Positions 62,191 through 64,000 of a DNA stretch of 64,000 bases are shown here, one piece after another. The notes below the pieces were generated by a model. That model was not told the DNA's origin and searched no databases. It worked only from the letters and a program-made list of their open reading frames with translations. Position 1 is the stretch's first letter. Each line of letters begins with the position of its first letter. Source of the stretch: Octopus bimaculoides (lineage: Eukaryota); contig NC_068982.1 in the NCBI RefSeq assembly GCF_001194135.2, forward strand, positions 93,343,381 to 93,407,380, in the 5' to 3' direction. A program made the translations under genes and the position numbers.

Positions 62191-63770
62191 TTTATTTTAC
62201 TCCTTAAAAGTATATATTCACTGAAATTTTTCTGTTTACTTCTTCACTGTGAAATGATTCCAGAATATTTCTCCTGTAACTTATCCACTTGTGGTTGTAT
62301 TACGTTGAATTTGCTCATTCACTTTACTTTCTTTTACCCTCCGAATGCCGTTAAAGTTATTCTACTACTAAGTCACATAGGCTGGATTTACATGTCAAAG
62401 CTGTACCTCATTTATTTCATATCTCGCTGGAGTTCATGTTTCGGTCTTGGTTTCTTAGGTCAAGAATAATGGGGCAGAAGGAAACATTCTAACCACAATT
62501 AATTCACAAAATATTAACTGAAGTCATATTAGCAAAATTAAATGAAAAAATAATTTACAATGAATGTCTAAATGCGCTAAACTCCACAGCAACAATTTAT
62601 TTCTATGTTAAAGTGACCTCCCGTTAAACTCCAATAAGAAATATGATACCCAGTCCTTCACGCATTATTAATCCAGCATTGGTAACGTAAAACTTCGAGC
62701 TACCTGGTAACTACCAGTTAGTCCTATGTTTCATTTCCAAGTCAGTTCTTTTTTGTTCTACTTTACTGTCTGCTAATTTGGACTGACTCAACGTCAAGGG
62801 TGCACGACTTTCAGTTCAATTCTCGCGTCTTTATCCACTTGTTTATTGTATTTCGGACACATTTTCTATGGAAGGAGTTAATGGCTCTTATGAATTTTAC
62901 CCTTGATTCGAACCAAGACTGTTTTTAAATTAAAGATAGGAACTTCTTATCCACTAACTCACTAATTCTGTAATTTGTAGTGTTCAAATTAACGATTTAA
63001 CAACATTAGAACAACCAACTTGAACCGAGAATTGATATATTTAATGATATATAAGTGCAGGTATGTGATTAAAAATTCACTTTGCAACCACGTAGTTTCG
63101 GGTTCTGTCCCACTACTCGGCACTTTGTAGTTTTTAAATTTTTTTTTTTACTTTAACCCCGAGCAGTCTAAGGCTTTGTGAGTGAATTTGATAGACAGAA
63201 GCCCATCACATACATTGTCGAGCAGAACTGTGATTAAAGATATTCCATTCTGTTTAGACAGTTTATTTCAGATCACATTAATTAGTATATCCTTCCTTTT
63301 TAAAAATGATAGGGTCTGTTGAAAAATATTTTATTTCTGAAAAGTTGAGAGGCTACGTAGAAGTATATTAGCTCGTGTTCTGTGGCAGTACAAGTTTCCA
63401 GAAAAAAGACAATATGATTCAATATTTCTTCATTATTTAGTATTTAAGCATACTCAAACAATTTACAGAGGGTAGAAAATACGTTGTTCTGATTAGCAGC
63501 CTATAAAAAGAACTGGCTTCAACCAGCATCTTGATTCACCGAAAACTTACATAATAATCTACAAGAATTACATTTTTCCCTAGTATTTTCATTGATTTGT
63601 GTTTTCCCCTAGTATTTTCATTAATTTGTGTTCGACAATCCAATAATGTTCAGTGGTTGGCAATCTTATTACAGCTACTATTTCACCTCCCCTAAAATTT
63701 GCCTTATTTATTATTATATTTATATTTATCATTGTTATATTTATTATTATTATTACTATTATTATTATTA

Positions 63771-63995
63771 AGGCAACGAACTGGCAGAATGATTAGCACG
63801 CTGAACGAAATGTTTAGCAGAATTTCGTCCGTCTTTACGTTCTATGTTCAAATTCCGCCGAGGTCGACTTTGCCTTTCATCCTTTCTGGGTCGACAAGTT
63901 AAGTACCAGTTGAACACAGGGTGTAGGGATCGATGTAATCGACTCATCCCCTCCCTCAAAATTGTTGCCCTTGTGGCAAAATTTGAAACCATTAT
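63771..63995 (+). mobile_element. SINE family A (full length, low divergence)
   Basis: A-box TGGCAGAATGATTAG, B-box GTTCAAATTCC (63846-63856), core ccgaggtcgactttgcctttcatcctttctgggtcgacaagttaagtaccag. Confidence 0.9.
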
Positions 63996-64000
63996 TATTA

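Noticed and set aside
63573-63631. 30-bp tandem duplication
   Set aside because: Two units only; an ordinary slippage duplication, not a CRISPR-like array.
63771-63860. A-box/B-box segments that look like tRNA genes (here and in other SINE heads)
   Set aside because: They do not fold into a full cloverleaf and continue into a SINE body and tail.

Overview
AT-rich, microsatellite-dense animal genomic DNA from a draft assembly with 14 N-gaps, most of them flanked by (TA)n, (CA)n or (CT)n tracts. The SINE families, RTE/L1-Tx1/Penelope content and microsatellite load look like a coleoid cephalopod (Octopus-like); that assignment is inference and was not checked against a database. I found no intact host protein-coding gene, tRNA or rRNA, and almost all listed ORFs are microsatellite or N-gap artefacts. 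The window is mostly decayed mobile DNA: RTE, CR1/L2, L1-Tx1 and RLE-type LINEs; a Penelope-like element (RT + GIY-YIG); DNA transposons (maT/Tc1-mariner, Tigger, a full-length POGK-like pogo with TIRs, hAT); a Helentron-type HINE; foldback MITEs; and more than 30 tRNA-derived SINE copies. The most interesting signal is a dispersed set of minimal type I hammerhead-ribozyme motifs of the Penelope/retrozyme kind. One at 51739-51775 has all stems intact and a variant CUGUUGA core. Another sits inside a ~385-nt unit bounded by direct repeats. Several near-perfect inverted repeats could form dsRNA (ADAR substrates) if transcribed. Two gap-associated duplications look like assembly artefacts. All calls come from reading the sequence and translating by hand; element boundaries are approximate unless exact motifs are quoted.
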